DNA from: an uncultured Candidatus Peribacteria bacterium
GTDB taxonomy: Bacteria; Patescibacteriota; Gracilibacteria; Peribacterales; Peribacteraceae
DNA: 33,399 nucleotides
Assembly (NCBI GenBank): GCA_964471125.1
Contig: CAYYFD010000002.1
Span: 1-33,399, forward strand
Direction: 5' to 3'
This document shows positions 32,643 to 33,399 of the stretch, piece by piece. The notes beneath the pieces were generated by a model, which saw only the letters and a list, made by a program, of their open reading frames with translations, was not told where the DNA came from and did not search any database. The translations under genes and the position numbers were made by a program. The stretch's first letter is position 1; each line of letters starts with the position of its first letter.

Positions 32643-33399
<757 letters not shown>

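Overview
The window looks like a compact, gene-dense bacterial chromosome segment. My guess is a small-genome, CPR/Patescibacteria-like organism, based only on deviant universal 16S sites, a 16S gene with no 23S or tRNA after it, and the gene content. From left to right: (1) Positions 1-23388 are mostly housekeeping genes: a truncated secreted Cys-rich protein, a two-OB-fold ssb, a TrmB-like regulator/membrane protein/murB operon, a short AT-rich islet of small orphan ORFs, a glycosyltransferase/ftsW/murG/cyclophilin/gltX string, tsaB, secA, two small 2Fe-2S ferredoxins, holB, a TPR protein, and a sufC/sufB/sufD cluster interrupted by unrelated genes. (2) Positions 23389-32424 look accessory: a membrane protein plus LemA-like operon, a low-affinity iron-permease-family gene, an ambiguous small-ORF region, a 1,652-aa multidomain protein and a 237-aa orphan. 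(3) Positions 32643-33399 hold the 3' ~750 nt of a 16S rRNA gene on the minus strand. The strongest candidate for something new is the 1,652-aa ORF. Motifs readable in the translation suggest an HD-like N-terminus, two CAP-type cNMP-binding modules, a Zeta-toxin-like P-loop kinase, a Fic/Doc fold with a non-canonical motif, and a RelA/SpoT-type HD (alarmone hydrolase-like) domain, all in one polypeptide. Other notable signals: the 16S tail reads TTTCC where the anti-Shine-Dalgarno core is normally CCTCC; several genes have -10 boxes 6-7 nt before the ATG, suggesting leaderless mRNAs; a perfect 66-bp palindrome fills the ftsW-murG spacer; two families of palindromic hairpins show compensatory changes; heptanucleotide tandem repeats sit inside four coding positions; and a 376-nt structured spacer precedes secA. 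I recognised no CRISPR array, transposase, integrase or tRNA. All domain calls come from reading motifs by eye, not from searches.
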